DNA from: Candidatus Saccharimonadia bacterium
Lineage (GTDB): Bacteria; Patescibacteriota; Saccharimonadia; UBA4664; SCTI01
Assembly (NCBI GenBank): GCA_046597065.1
Contig: JBKJLI010000002.1
Coordinates: forward strand, 52,071-116,070
DNA length: 64,000 nt
Direction of reading: 5' to 3'
Numbering within the stretch: the stretch's first letter is position 1; each line of letters begins with the position of its first letter. Positions 46,764 through 57,008 of the stretch are shown one piece after another. The notes below the pieces were generated by a model that was not told the origin of the DNA, made no database searches, and saw only the letters and a program-made list of their open reading frames with translations. Made by a program: the position numbers and the translations under genes.

Positions 46764-47531
46764 ATGAATAAAATATCTGACGCCCAAATCAAGCCGCTTA
46801 GAATTTGGAATCTGATAGCCGGTTCGTTACATTTAGCATCTTTAATTGCAGTAGTAGCTTTATCTAACAGCTTTTCTCTCCCGGTAACCGCGACATATAT
46901 GACCGGCCCTCCCGGTTCGACGTTTTCTAATCCAATACTTCTGTTTAACAATAATGTTAGCTTTACAATTGCCTTGTTCTTGGGGCTGTCGGCTTTTTTC
47001 CACTTCTTAGTTGCGTCTAAGCAATTTTTTCCAAGATATGCCGTCAGCTTAAAGCAAAATCGTAATATGTTCCGCTGGGTGGAATACTCATTAAGTTCTT
47101 CGGTAATGATTTTATTAATCTCACAATTAAATGGCATTAGTGACTATGCCGCACTTTTGGCAATCTTTGGCGTAAATGTATCGATGATATTATTCGGCTG
47201 GCTGCAAGAAAAATATGCAAATCCGGGCGATGGCCAATGGCTTCCGTTTATATTCGGATGTATTGCCGGTATTGTTCCATGGTTAATAATCGTTGTTCAA
47301 ATGATTTCTCCGGGTGGCCCGGCTGATGCACAGTATCCAAACTTTGTTTACGCCATTGTATTTTCACTGTTCGTTCTGTTTAACTGCTTTGCCTTGGTTC
47401 AGTACAAGCAGTATCAGGCAAGGGGAAAATGGGCCAACTATTTACGGGGCGAAAAAACCTACATTGTTTTAAGCTTAGTTGCTAAATCATTGCTTGCTTG
47501 GCAAATATTTGCCGCCACTCTAGCAAGTTAA
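46764..47531 (+). CDS. Heliorhodopsin
   Basis: 7 TM; NMFRWVEYSLSSSVM (counter-ion Glu), two conserved His (SLHL, FFHF), YIVLSLVAKSLLAW (retinal Lys). Confidence 0.93.
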   Translation: MNKISDAQIKPLRIWNLIAGSLHLASLIAVVALSNSFSLPVTATYMTGPPGSTFSNPILLFNNNVSFTIALFLGLSAFFHFLVASKQFFPRYAVSLKQNRNMFRWVEYSLSSSVMILLISQLNGISDYAALLAIFGVNVSMILFGWLQEKYANPGDGQWLPFIFGCIAGIVPWLIIVVQMISPGGPADAQYPNFVYAIVFSLFVLFNCFALVQYKQYQARGKWANYLRGEKTYIVLSLVAKSLLAWQIFAATLAS

Positions 47532-47573
47532 AAAACTTCTATAATATATAATTGCTATTGGATTGTATTTGAA

Positions 47574-47595
47574 AGGCGCCCCCGTAGGGGCGCCT
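47574..47595. terminator. Hairpin between convergent genes
   Basis: AGGCGCCCC-cgta-GGGGCGCCT. Confidence 0.75.
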
Positions 47596-47617
47596 CTTGG
47601 TTGGTTCCCGCTAGGCA

Positions 47618-48199
47618 CTAATTGATGGTGTATGAACCATCAAAGTGCCCAATCAAGCTAACTCCCATGTTGTGCGCATCCACGCGGACGCATCCGAATG
47701 GTGTTGGAAAACAGCGCTTGAAGTCAACCTGGACCGAGGATCGGTGGCCGCCTTGCGGATATCCCTTGTAGTAGTAATAACCGTTGCTTTGGCTACCCAT
47801 CCCTTCGTCGTTCCATTGAAGAAGTGCACCGATTGTGGTGACTCCGTACTGGATCTTTGGAGCGGGTGTTTGGGTCACCCTATGTGACTTGCGGCTGTAG
47901 CACCACGTCTTGGTGAGCCTCACCCAGAACATGGTACCGGCCAGGGCGTGAAACTTGCGATACGCCCAGTGGGTGGCACATGCCTCGCGCTTATTGCGAG
48001 AGGCTGCCTGTGCTTGCCCGACGGTAGTGCTGATGTACAACAGCTGTCCTTTCTTGATCCAGGCAGCAGACGGGTGCTTGGGCGTCGCACCTTGTGAAGT
48101 GGAATCACTTCCGCTCCCAAGCACGAACCCGATCACGTAGACGACCGTCATGATCACCAAGATCCAGATCAGGATCTTCTTCCAGTTCCAGTCTTTCAT
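47618..48199 (-). CDS. Membrane-anchored/secreted hypothetical protein with four Cys
   Basis: N-terminal TM; GGAGGAGGT SD; promoter TTGACT-16-TACAAT (48234-48261). Confidence 0.75.
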   Translation of the reverse strand: MKDWNWKKILIWILVIMTVVYVIGFVLGSGSDSTSQGATPKHPSAAWIKKGQLLYISTTVGQAQAASRNKREACATHWAYRKFHALAGTMFWVRLTKTWCYSRKSHRVTQTPAPKIQYGVTTIGALLQWNDEGMGSQSNGYYYYKGYPQGGHRSSVQVDFKRCFPTPFGCVRVDAHNMGVSLIGHFDGSYTIN

Positions 48200-48406
48200 A
48201 AGGTACCTCCTCCTTGAGGAATGGATAAGCAGTATTGTACAATATATGCAATATAAGTCAATAATTAGATATTGTTTGCGGCAAAAGTTTTATAACGAAC
48301 CATGATCTCGCCGAGCAATCGCTCCTGTCTTGCACGGCCAAAATTCTACTAGCCAGCTATGGAAATGCCCCACGCGCGGCGGAGCGATATCGTATCTAAA
48401 AAGGGT

Positions 48407-48433
48407 AAAAAAGAGCCCACTGCGGGGCTCTTT
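48407..48433 (-). terminator. Intrinsic terminator
   Basis: AAAAAAGAGCCC / GGGCTCTTT. Confidence 0.75.
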
Positions 48434-48448
48434 ATCCTGCAGTGGGCT

Positions 48449-49054
48449 TTATGCGAGCTGGAGTTCTTGCTCGCGCTCTCGATCGTACGGCTCGATGGCT
48501 TCGGGGCCTTCTGGCCCATCATCTTCGGGCTCTGGGTCGTCCTGATCATCTAGGCCTGGACCGCCCCCGCCGCCGCCTCTCAAGTAGAAGGGCACGGTGA
48601 AAAAGAATATCGCGCCAGTAATGAAGATGGCAGCGATTACAGGGTAGAAAGCGTTTCCCCACCATGTGTTATATGGACTCTGGTAGACCTCGTCGTCCTG
48701 CTTGGTAGCCGCAGCCTTTTCGTAAAAGAGATCATCGCCTGTGGCTTGGTTTGAGACCCATGCATGTAGACCCATGCCGGCAGAAACTTCTGGCTCCACT
48801 GGCTGGTCGTAATAGTCCCAGACCTTCCCGGTTCGTGTGGTGACCTCGATGGTGGCCAACCGGTAATGCTCATCTTTAGTCAGCGAGATATTGATCTTTT
48901 TTAGCGCAGATACGTTTAGCACCCGCGCTGTGATCTGCTTGCCGTACCGGTGGTGCTGAACTTGGTTACTATGCGTAACCCAAACGACGAGCAGCACCAA
49001 AGAAACAACGAAGGTTGCTCCTAGTAGCTTCCAGCGAACTGGCGACATGCGCAT
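48449..49054 (-). CDS. Two-TM hypothetical protein with Gly/acidic tail
   Basis: GGAGGT SD (49062-49067) before ATG 49054; GGGGGGPG-DDQDDPEPED tail. Confidence 0.7.
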   Translation of the reverse strand: MRMSPVRWKLLGATFVVSLVLLVVWVTHSNQVQHHRYGKQITARVLNVSALKKINISLTKDEHYRLATIEVTTRTGKVWDYYDQPVEPEVSAGMGLHAWVSNQATGDDLFYEKAAATKQDDEVYQSPYNTWWGNAFYPVIAAIFITGAIFFFTVPFYLRGGGGGGPGLDDQDDPEPEDDGPEGPEAIEPYDREREQELQLA

Positions 49055-49176
49055 TCGGAACACCTCCAATTTGATTTTCAAGGTTGGCTAAATGATTACA
49101 CAGGATGCAGTCATCTGCAAATCAACATTATAGGGCTAGATTTTTAGATCAGGCTGTGTCATTATAGTGTTAATTA

Positions 49177-51033
49177 ATGTCTGCGCCCCGGGCGCATTTT
49201 TATTTGATGCAAAAATCTGAGTACATCCGAAATATTGCAATAATTGCGCACGTTGACCATGGTAAAACTACCTTGGTAGATGGTCTGTTAAAGCAGTCCC
49301 AAACTTTTCGTAGCAACCAGGCCGAGATGGCACAGTCTCTAATTATGGATAGTGGTGATCAAGAGCGTGAACGAGGTATTACTATTACCGCCAAGGTAAC
49401 GGCGGTTCAGCATGGTGATCATCGAATCAATATTATTGACACACCCGGCCATGCTGACTTTAGTGGCGAGGTAGAGCGAACATTAGGTATGGCGGATGGC
49501 TGCTTACTTATCGTTGATGCTCAAGAGGGGCCAATGCCCCAAACTAAATTTGTGCTGCAACAGGCGCTGGCGCGTGAGCTTAAGCCAATTGTAATCATCA
49601 ACAAAATTGATAAGCAGGCGGCACGGGTGCCAGAGGTCGAAGAGGAGCTGGCCGACCTGTTTTTAGAGCTAGCCGTTCATGAAGATCAGCTGCATTATCC
49701 GGTATATTACGCGATTGCCCGCGAGGGTAAGTCATGGGAAAAGAATCCTGCCGACCCTACCGAAGCGGCCGATTTAGAGGCAATATTTAAAGCTATTATC
49801 GATCATGTACCCTCGCCCAAGGTTGAACAGGACATGCCGCTGCAAATGCTGGTAACAGCCCTGGCCTTTGATAGCTATAAGGGCAAGTATGCCATTGGGC
49901 GCATAAACCGTGGTTCGGTGAAAGCCGGCGATCAAGTGGCGGTTTGTAAGAAAGACGGGAAAGTGGCAAAGCAAAAGATCGAAGCCGTGTTTATGAGCCA
50001 TGGTTTAGATAAGTTTACGGTCGATGGCGGAACGGCCGGCGACATTGTGCAGCTTACCGGCTTGGGCGATATTCAGATTGGCGAAACGGTAGCAGATGCA
50101 ACCAGCCCCGAGGCACTACCAATCCTTGAGGTTGAAGCCCCAACACTAAAGATTTATGTTGGCCCAAACACCAGCCCATTTAAGGGCCAAGAGGGCGACT
50201 TTGTGACCGGCCAACAGATAGGCGCAAGGCTTTATAAGGAGCTAGAAACCAACATTGGCCTGCGAGTTGAAGATGGCGGCTTAGGCTACTTAGTCAGCGG
50301 CCGCGGGGAACTGCACTTAAGTGTACTCGTCGAAACAATGCGTCGCGAGGGTTTTGAGCTTGAAGTTGGGCGCCCACAGGTAGTTACACGTGAAAAGGAT
50401 GGCAAGACCGAGGAACCACTTGAAGAACTTATTATCGAGGTTCCGGCCGAGCATGTTGGAGCGGTGCAAATGGAGCTGGGCCAAAGACGCGCCGAGCTAA
50501 AGGAGCAGTTTGCTAGTAGCAAGGGCGTCACTAAGCTGGTTTATACTCTTCCCACAAGAGTTCTTTTGGGGTTACGCAATATCCTGCTAACGGCCACCAA
50601 GGGTACAGTTATTATGAACTCGATAATTTTGGGGTACCAGCCAATGGGGCCGGCGCTTAGGCAGCTGCGAAATGGTGTACTAATTGCGTTTGAATCTGGT
50701 ACCACCACGCCCTACTCACTCGAAAACGCCCAACAGCGCGGCACCACTTTTGTGGCACCTGCTGTAAAGGTTTATGCTGGTCAGATTGTAGGCTTGAACT
50801 CACGCGGCGACGATATGGAAGTTAACGTCTGCAAAGAAAAGCACCTAACCAATATTCGATCGAGCAGTAGCGATGGTGTTGTACAGCTAACGCCACACAT
50901 AATTTTTAGCCTAGAAGAGTGCCTAGACTTTATCGAGAACGACGAGCTGGTAGAGGTTACACCCAAGAGTCTGCGCCTACGCAAGCGCGAGCTAGAGGCA
51001 AACGCGCGCAAAAAGGCGGCTAAGCGCGGGTAA
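49177..51033 (+). CDS. typA: Translational GTPase TypA/BipA
   Basis: AHVDHGKTT, ERGITI, DTPGHADF, GRGELHL, EVTPKSLRLRK. Confidence 0.97.
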   Translation: MSAPRAHFYLMQKSEYIRNIAIIAHVDHGKTTLVDGLLKQSQTFRSNQAEMAQSLIMDSGDQERERGITITAKVTAVQHGDHRINIIDTPGHADFSGEVERTLGMADGCLLIVDAQEGPMPQTKFVLQQALARELKPIVIINKIDKQAARVPEVEEELADLFLELAVHEDQLHYPVYYAIAREGKSWEKNPADPTEAADLEAIFKAIIDHVPSPKVEQDMPLQMLVTALAFDSYKGKYAIGRINRGSVKAGDQVAVCKKDGKVAKQKIEAVFMSHGLDKFTVDGGTAGDIVQLTGLGDIQIGETVADATSPEALPILEVEAPTLKIYVGPNTSPFKGQEGDFVTGQQIGARLYKELETNIGLRVEDGGLGYLVSGRGELHLSVLVETMRREGFELEVGRPQVVTREKDGKTEEPLEELIIEVPAEHVGAVQMELGQRRAELKEQFASSKGVTKLVYTLPTRVLLGLRNILLTATKGTVIMNSIILGYQPMGPALRQLRNGVLIAFESGTTTPYSLENAQQRGTTFVAPAVKVYAGQIVGLNSRGDDMEVNVCKEKHLTNIRSSSSDGVVQLTPHIIFSLEECLDFIENDELVEVTPKSLRLRKRELEANARKKAAKRG

Positions 51034-51139
51034 ATTCTTCGTTCTTATGCTTGCTCTAAATCTGTAAAAATAGTATAACTACACAAGTCTTAAGTGGCCC
51101 AAACCACTTTGTACCCTACAACGAGGAAGCGAGTCTTTA

Positions 51140-52018
51140 ATGTCCGGCATTGTGAAGTGGGCAAAAGCAGTACTGGGCATCCGCAACAAAGCGGAGGGTC
51201 CAAAGCAGTTAAAGGAGCGGAGCCGAGACATGCGCCCGGCCGAGTTCTTCGACCAGTTCCATGAACGCGCCCGAAATAAGGGTGTAAATCCGACCTATCG
51301 GATTGTCTGGACCTTGTTGTGGCCGGTTGTGGTGTTGTTTTATCGCACCGAGCACTGGTGGGTTGAGCGGGTACCTACCAAGGGTCCGCTGATCTTTTCG
51401 TGCAACCATCACTCAAACATGGATCACTTCTTGATCGCTTTGCGCGCGCCGCGACCGGTTCGCTTTCTGGCCAAATCAGAGCTGTTCTCTGGCATTGTCG
51501 GCTGGATCATTTCGCATGGCGGAGTGTTCCCAGTTCGGCGAGGCTGGAAGGATAGAGAGTGGCTGGTTACTGGTCTTGCGGTTCTGGCTAGGGGCGAAGA
51601 CATTCTGATGTACCACCCCGGCGGTCGTGCCCGGCCGGGTGACGGCGATAAGGCCAAGCCTGGAGTTGGCGAGCTAGCGCTCGTTAGTGGCACTCCAGTG
51701 GTGGCGGTTTACATCCACAACTCTGAGCATGTTCGTGAAGGAGGTTTGCCTCCTCGAATCACGGTCTGTTTTGACAAGCCGGTCAACTACGGCCTGGTTG
51801 ATAATCCGTCTGATGCAGCCAAGCAGTTGGTTGCCGACGACGTCAAGGCTCGTGTTGATGCCCTGCAGGCTGATTTCTTGCTGCGCTGGGTGCGTGGTGA
51901 GCGTCCGGCCTGGAAACAAGGGGCAGTACGTGTCGCGATCTACTACGCGCTGACTTACTTTGGTTTGCGCAAGCTGCAGGGCATGATCGACTGGGCCGCG
52001 AAGCCTCGTGGTCTTTAA
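51140..52018 (+). CDS. Lysophospholipid acyltransferase (PlsC-like)
   Basis: NHHSNMD, FLAKSELF, FPVRRG; YHPGGR replaces the usual FPEGTR. Confidence 0.85.
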   Translation: MSGIVKWAKAVLGIRNKAEGPKQLKERSRDMRPAEFFDQFHERARNKGVNPTYRIVWTLLWPVVVLFYRTEHWWVERVPTKGPLIFSCNHHSNMDHFLIALRAPRPVRFLAKSELFSGIVGWIISHGGVFPVRRGWKDREWLVTGLAVLARGEDILMYHPGGRARPGDGDKAKPGVGELALVSGTPVVAVYIHNSEHVREGGLPPRITVCFDKPVNYGLVDNPSDAAKQLVADDVKARVDALQADFLLRWVRGERPAWKQGAVRVAIYYALTYFGLRKLQGMIDWAAKPRGL

Positions 52019-52048
52019 CAACTCTGTTCCGGCAGAAGGGAGGTTGAA

Positions 52049-52237
52049 GTGCTGGCAATTGGTGCAGTAGTAGGTGGGGTGGCTATTTTGCTGTTTACGC
52101 TTTCGGTGCATCTTCGAGATCATCGTCGGGCTACAAACGGCAACAGCCCATCAAGCTTCAAACGTGTCGCCTGCGATCTCGCAGGAAGTGTCGGGCTGCT
52201 GTTTTTTTGCATCGGCATCGGTGCCATTCTGTTTTAA
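52049..52237 (+). CDS. Small two-TM protein
   Basis: GGGAGG SD; hydrophobic ends. Confidence 0.5.
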   Translation: MLAIGAVVGGVAILLFTLSVHLRDHRRATNGNSPSSFKRVACDLAGSVGLLFFCIGIGAILF

Positions 52238-52271
52238 CAACCCCAAAGGTTTCGACAATGTCGACGTTCTT

Positions 52272-52296
52272 GTCCCGCGCGGTAGCGGGACTTTTT
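52272..52296 (+). terminator. Intrinsic terminator
   Basis: GTCCCGC / GCGGGAC followed by TTTTT. Confidence 0.8.
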
Positions 52297-52330
52297 AATT
52301 GGGAATGATTTTGAGGCGTATAATATGGGC

Positions 52331-52627
52331 ATGATAATTGGCGAAAAACAAAAGTTATGGTTTAAGCGGCGTCGATATGGCTACGGCTGGACACCGGTTG
52401 TATGGCAGTCTTGGCTGTTAGTATTACTATATTTGAGCGTTGTTATAGTGGGGGCGGTTAGTCTAACCGAAGCCCGAGTTCCGGTACATAACAGCGATAT
52501 TATTATTTATCTAACCTATGTCTTATTGGCGACTGGGGCACTTATTAGGATTGCGATGTTGCGAGGGCCTAAACCTAAGTGGCGTTGGGGCAAGCACCCC
52601 GACGATGATCCAAAGCAAGATTTTTAG
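52331..52627 (+). CDS. Small membrane protein
   Basis: WFKRRRYGYGWTP motif plus 2 TM; TATAAT 6 nt upstream of ATG 52331. Confidence 0.75.
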   Translation: MIIGEKQKLWFKRRRYGYGWTPVVWQSWLLVLLYLSVVIVGAVSLTEARVPVHNSDIIIYLTYVLLATGALIRIAMLRGPKPKWRWGKHPDDDPKQDF

Positions 52628-53886
52628 CGCAGGCTAAGAGTTACTAGCGCTTCAAGATGGAGGGTTTGGGGGTAGAAATCAAATCCGGTAGCGGGGCCAG
52701 GGCTGTAGGCTGCGGTTAGCAGTGCAATATCGCGACCTTGCGTAATAGGATTACATGACAAATAGATAATGCGCTGGGGGCGGTAGTGCAGTAAGCGTCG
52801 GATTACTCGCGGGTGCAAGCCGGCGCGTGGCGGATCGAGTACAACAGTATCGGCGCCATCAAGTAAAGAAAAGTCCATTTGCTCTGCAGGCGTAAGATGA
52901 GCTTGATAGTTTTTGATCTTATTGGTTATGGCGTTATGGTTAGCAGCTGCTACTGCCGATACTACTATTTCAATTGCTGTAACGCGCTCGGCGGTCTTGG
53001 CGAGCACCAGACCGATGGCGCCAACGCCACTATATAGTTCGACCAACTGCTTAGTATCCATAGCGGCTAACTTTATTTTTTCTAGAGCTTTAATGAACAT
53101 CGGAGTGTTGGTTTGAAAAAAGCTGTCAAAAGCGTAGTCGATTTTAATTCCGTCGATTATTTCGGTGAGCTGACTGCTGCCCGGTGCAAACAACAGTTTT
53201 CCGGGACCGCCACCACTTGTCGGCTTGGCAATAACCAAGTCGGCGCCATCAATCGGTGGTAGTGACCCCCAGTCGTAGCGTTTTAAATCGGTTGAAAGTA
53301 TCAGCAGTATTTTTTGATTGCTCTGGCTTTGGCGCACAGTAATTGTGGCATTATCAAAAGGCGTTTTGGCATTATTAAGGTTTTTGACCAGTTGAAGTGC
53401 GGCATGGTTCATGGCTTGGCTCCCCAGCACACAGCCATCATCAAGAGCTAGCAGCGTTTGCCAGTTGCCTCGTGCATGAAAACCTAACTCTAGTTCGCCA
53501 TTATGGCGCGTAAGGGCAAAGTCGAGTCGGTTACGATAGCCAGTGATATGGTCGGCTTTAACGAAATCTTCAACAACTATTTCTAAGTGATGCTGGCGAT
53601 AAGCTTCGCTAAGCATGTCGCGCTTGAGTTTAATCTGGTAGTCGTAGTCAACCCCTTGCCAAGGCGAACAGGCTATGGCGTGATCCTCGCTGGCGGGATG
53701 ACGGTGCGCAGAAGGCTCGGTTATTTTATTTAGGACTGCTTCGTTATAGCTCTTTTTTTGCTTGGTTATGGAAACTTCGGCGGTTTCGCCAGGCAGCGGC
53801 CCAACCGCAAAGGTCGCCTTACCATCAAGACGGCCCAAAGCTCGACCTTCGGGTACTATTTTTTCAAACTCAATAATATGTTTCAT
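52624..53886 (-). CDS. 23S rRNA (uracil-5)-methyltransferase RlmD/RumA family
   Basis: TRAM domain, YRNR, FFQTN, LDPPRAG, YLSCNP, HLEA. Confidence 0.92.
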   Translation of the reverse strand: MKHIIEFEKIVPEGRALGRLDGKATFAVGPLPGETAEVSITKQKKSYNEAVLNKITEPSAHRHPASEDHAIACSPWQGVDYDYQIKLKRDMLSEAYRQHHLEIVVEDFVKADHITGYRNRLDFALTRHNGELELGFHARGNWQTLLALDDGCVLGSQAMNHAALQLVKNLNNAKTPFDNATITVRQSQSNQKILLILSTDLKRYDWGSLPPIDGADLVIAKPTSGGGPGKLLFAPGSSQLTEIIDGIKIDYAFDSFFQTNTPMFIKALEKIKLAAMDTKQLVELYSGVGAIGLVLAKTAERVTAIEIVVSAVAAANHNAITNKIKNYQAHLTPAEQMDFSLLDGADTVVLDPPRAGLHPRVIRRLLHYRPQRIIYLSCNPITQGRDIALLTAAYSPGPATGFDFYPQTLHLEALVTLSLR

Positions 53887-53933
53887 TAAATCTATTGTAC
53901 AAGGCGACAGAGGCTTAGGGTACAATATCTGCT

Positions 53934-55154
53934 ATGGCATTAACCTGGAACATCCTAGCAACCCATGGCGCTGCCCGCCGCGGGCAGATCAAAACTCTTA
54001 ATGGGGTTATTGAAACGCCGGCCTTTATACCGGTCGGCACAGCTGCGACCGTTAAAACTTTAGATATAAATGACTTAGTGCAGCTAAAAGCCCAAGCGGT
54101 TTTGGCCAATGCGTACCATCTTTATCTGCGACCGGGTACTGATGTGGTTAATAAGTTCGGGGGCATAGGTAAGTTCATGGGTTGGGACGGCCCAACCTTT
54201 ACCGATAGCGGAGGGTTTCAAGTTTTTTCGCTGGGTTTTGGCTTAGAGCATGGTGTCAGTAAGATAAGCAGTATTTTTCCCGATGAAGACACCGCCGAAA
54301 GGCGCGTAAGTAAACCTAAGTTAATGAAGGTCGACGAAGAGGGCGTATCGTTTCGCTCTCACTTAGATGGTTCGTCGCACCGCTTTACGGCCGAGACTTC
54401 GATCGCGATTCAAGAGCAGTTAGGGGCTGATATGATCTTTGCGTTCGATGAGTGTACCTCCCCCCTTCACGATGAGCGCTATACCGCCGCCGCCTTGCAG
54501 CGAACTCACCGCTGGGCCGAGCGCAGCCTGACTGCTTGGGCCAATCGCGAGGGGCAGTCTTTATATGGAATAGTGCAGGGTGGTGCTTTCCGGAATCTGC
54601 GCGAAACCAGTGCCAAGTTTATTAGTGAGCTGGATTTTCCGGCACATGCTATTGGAGGATCTTTAGGGCGCAATAAGCAGGATATGTATGACATTTTAGA
54701 GTGGACAAATCCACTGCTAGACTCAGCTAAACCGCGACATCTATTGGGAATTGGTGAGATTAGCGATTTGTTCGCTGGCGTCTCTCGTGGCATAGACACC
54801 TTTGATTGCGTTGCTCCAACACGGATGGCGCGCAATGGGGCGGTTTACATCGGCCCTAAAGCTGGTGGCAAGCCTGAAAATAAGTTTCGCTTAAATATTG
54901 CTGCTGCTCGTCACGCCAACGAAGCTGGCCCCATTGATGCTAATTGTGCGTGTTATGTTTGCCAAAATCACACTCGGGCCTACCTGCGACACTTGTTTAA
55001 CGCAAACGAGATGCTGGGTATGCGCCTGGCGACTTATCATAACCTGCATTTTATTTTCGAATTGATGAGTCAGATTCGCGAGTCGATCGAAAAGCAGACG
55101 TTTATGAAGCTGGCCAAGCACTGGGGTGTTGAAGCCGAAGTACAAGCGTTATAA
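53934..55154 (+). CDS. tgt: tRNA-guanine transglycosylase
   Basis: TPAFIPVGT, TDSGGFQVFS, GIVQGG, DCVAP, CACYVC. Confidence 0.96.
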   Translation: MALTWNILATHGAARRGQIKTLNGVIETPAFIPVGTAATVKTLDINDLVQLKAQAVLANAYHLYLRPGTDVVNKFGGIGKFMGWDGPTFTDSGGFQVFSLGFGLEHGVSKISSIFPDEDTAERRVSKPKLMKVDEEGVSFRSHLDGSSHRFTAETSIAIQEQLGADMIFAFDECTSPLHDERYTAAALQRTHRWAERSLTAWANREGQSLYGIVQGGAFRNLRETSAKFISELDFPAHAIGGSLGRNKQDMYDILEWTNPLLDSAKPRHLLGIGEISDLFAGVSRGIDTFDCVAPTRMARNGAVYIGPKAGGKPENKFRLNIAAARHANEAGPIDANCACYVCQNHTRAYLRHLFNANEMLGMRLATYHNLHFIFELMSQIRESIEKQTFMKLAKHWGVEAEVQAL

Positions 55155-55157
55155 TAA

Positions 55158-56150
55158 GTGGTAGTGAATAAGATTAGAAACCGGTTAAAGACGCTACCAG
55201 CGACCATCAGCGATGGACATAAAGCCAACCCTAACCTGTTTTGGGTCCGAGTTTTGTATATTGCTGCGTTGGTTTATGTGGTGGTTTTTTGGCGTGCAAT
55301 CTGGACCCCAGACCTACTGTTTTTGATGCTACTGGGAGTTTTCTTTTTGTATGGCTTGGGTCGACAGTTTATGTTCCAGTTTGGGCCATTCATCTTCTTA
55401 CTGTTGGCATATGATAGCTTGCGCAGTATCGCGCCATTTTTAAATCACCGCGTACATTTTACCGAAATGATCGACTTTGACCGCTGGTTAACCGGTGGCA
55501 TACTTCCAACTACGGCTCTGCAGAACTGGTGGTGGCAGGGGCATTTGAGCTGGTACGATATCTATTTTTACACCCTATATATGCTGCACTTTGTGGTGCC
55601 TCTAACCGTCGGTATCTTAATTTGGAGACTACGTTCGGCTCACTTTAACCGCTTTGTAGTGGCATTCTTAACCCTGTCTTATGCTGGTTTTATTACCTAT
55701 ATTTTGTTTCCAGCAGCACCGCCGTGGATGGCATCGGAAATGGGGTTGATACCGGCTTTACATAAAATATCCACCGATGTGTGGTGGTCGGTGGGGGTTC
55801 ATGATTACCCCTCGATTTACCGTACGCTTAGCCCGAATTTAGTGGCTGCTGTGCCATCACTACACGCGGCTTACCCAACTTTAATCTCGATGTTTGTTTG
55901 GCGAGCATTTGGCTGGCGTTGGGGTGTGGCCACATTGTGGTATCCAATATCGATGTGGATAGGGATCATCTATATGGGGGAGCATTATGTTGTTGATGCG
56001 TTATTGGGTATCGCTTATGCCGTAACTGCTTATGTACTAACGATGTGGCTTTTTCGTCGCTACGGCGCGCATGCGCGCACCTTACAAGGTCACGCCAAAA
56101 GGCATTGGCATCGCCACTTTGGCGACCGCCGGGCATCAGCTACGGATTAG
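55158..56150 (+). CDS. PAP2-family membrane phosphoesterase (Aur1/IPC synthase-like)
   Basis: PAAPPW, AVPSLH, HYVVD. Confidence 0.85.
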   Translation: MVVNKIRNRLKTLPATISDGHKANPNLFWVRVLYIAALVYVVVFWRAIWTPDLLFLMLLGVFFLYGLGRQFMFQFGPFIFLLLAYDSLRSIAPFLNHRVHFTEMIDFDRWLTGGILPTTALQNWWWQGHLSWYDIYFYTLYMLHFVVPLTVGILIWRLRSAHFNRFVVAFLTLSYAGFITYILFPAAPPWMASEMGLIPALHKISTDVWWSVGVHDYPSIYRTLSPNLVAAVPSLHAAYPTLISMFVWRAFGWRWGVATLWYPISMWIGIIYMGEHYVVDALLGIAYAVTAYVLTMWLFRRYGAHARTLQGHAKRHWHRHFGDRRASATD

Positions 56151-56513
56151 TTTTTGAGCCAGCTTGAGTAACTCCTCGGCCTCGACATCATCTATCGGGG
56201 TGACGTTTTTACCGATGGTTTCAACAATAGTGCCATCGGTTTGTAACAATATATGTCGATAAAGGCTATTTGCGCGATCGTCAATGCTAATTTCGGCTTG
56301 CCAACTAAAGCCAACTTGGGCAGCCGGAGTAGTCAGGTTTACCTCTACACTTCCACCGCCTACAATCGGCATAGAGGCGGTTGTGTATGCAGTATGACCG
56401 GGTAAGTCGTAGTCACCTCCCTCAACCGCTGTGGCATTGGCACCAGCAGTGAACTGAATGGCCCAGTTTAAGAATCGACTAAAAATGGGACTGTTGTTTG
56501 CATCTAAAGACAT
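56136..56513 (-). CDS. Hypothetical protein
   Basis: 125-aa ORF with TATCAT 6 nt upstream. Confidence 0.65.
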   Translation of the reverse strand: MSLDANNSPIFSRFLNWAIQFTAGANATAVEGGDYDLPGHTAYTTASMPIVGGGSVEVNLTTPAAQVGFSWQAEISIDDRANSLYRHILLQTDGTIVETIGKNVTPIDDVEAEELLKLAQKLIRS

Positions 56514-56612
56514 GCCGACATGATAGCAGTTTGGTATTTAATATTCATGTAGTCAAAGATTGACAACATGCATTTAGAGGACTATTTTTAAAGCAATAAG
56601 GAGGCAGTTGTT

Positions 56613-57008
56613 ATGGATATTAATTTAGGATCGGTATTGTTGGCTGCAGTCATCAACATGGTGGTGGGATACATCTGGTATGCACGTAAAGTTTTTGGTA
56701 ATGCTTGGATGCAAGATATTGGCAAAAAGTCGATGGAGCTAAGTAACCCTGGGCCGGGTTACGGCATAATGATATTGGCATCACTATTAATTGCCTACGT
56801 GTTGGCCGTTTTCGTTGGGTATGCCGATGCAGTTGGGTATGTAGAGGGAGCTAAAATTGGGCTTTTAGCCTCAATTGGTTTGGTTGCCTCAACACAGGCC
56901 GCCAACTTTGTTTATGAGGGCCGACCTCAAAGACTATTTTTGATAAATGCCGGGTATCCGGTTGTATCGATGACGATTATGGCCGGCGTTATCTCGGCCA
57001 TGCGCTAG
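56613..57008 (+). CDS. DUF1761 membrane protein
   Basis: GYIWY..VFGNAW, FLINAGY; GAGG SD. Confidence 0.85.
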   Translation: MDINLGSVLLAAVINMVVGYIWYARKVFGNAWMQDIGKKSMELSNPGPGYGIMILASLLIAYVLAVFVGYADAVGYVEGAKIGLLASIGLVASTQAANFVYEGRPQRLFLINAGYPVVSMTIMAGVISAMR

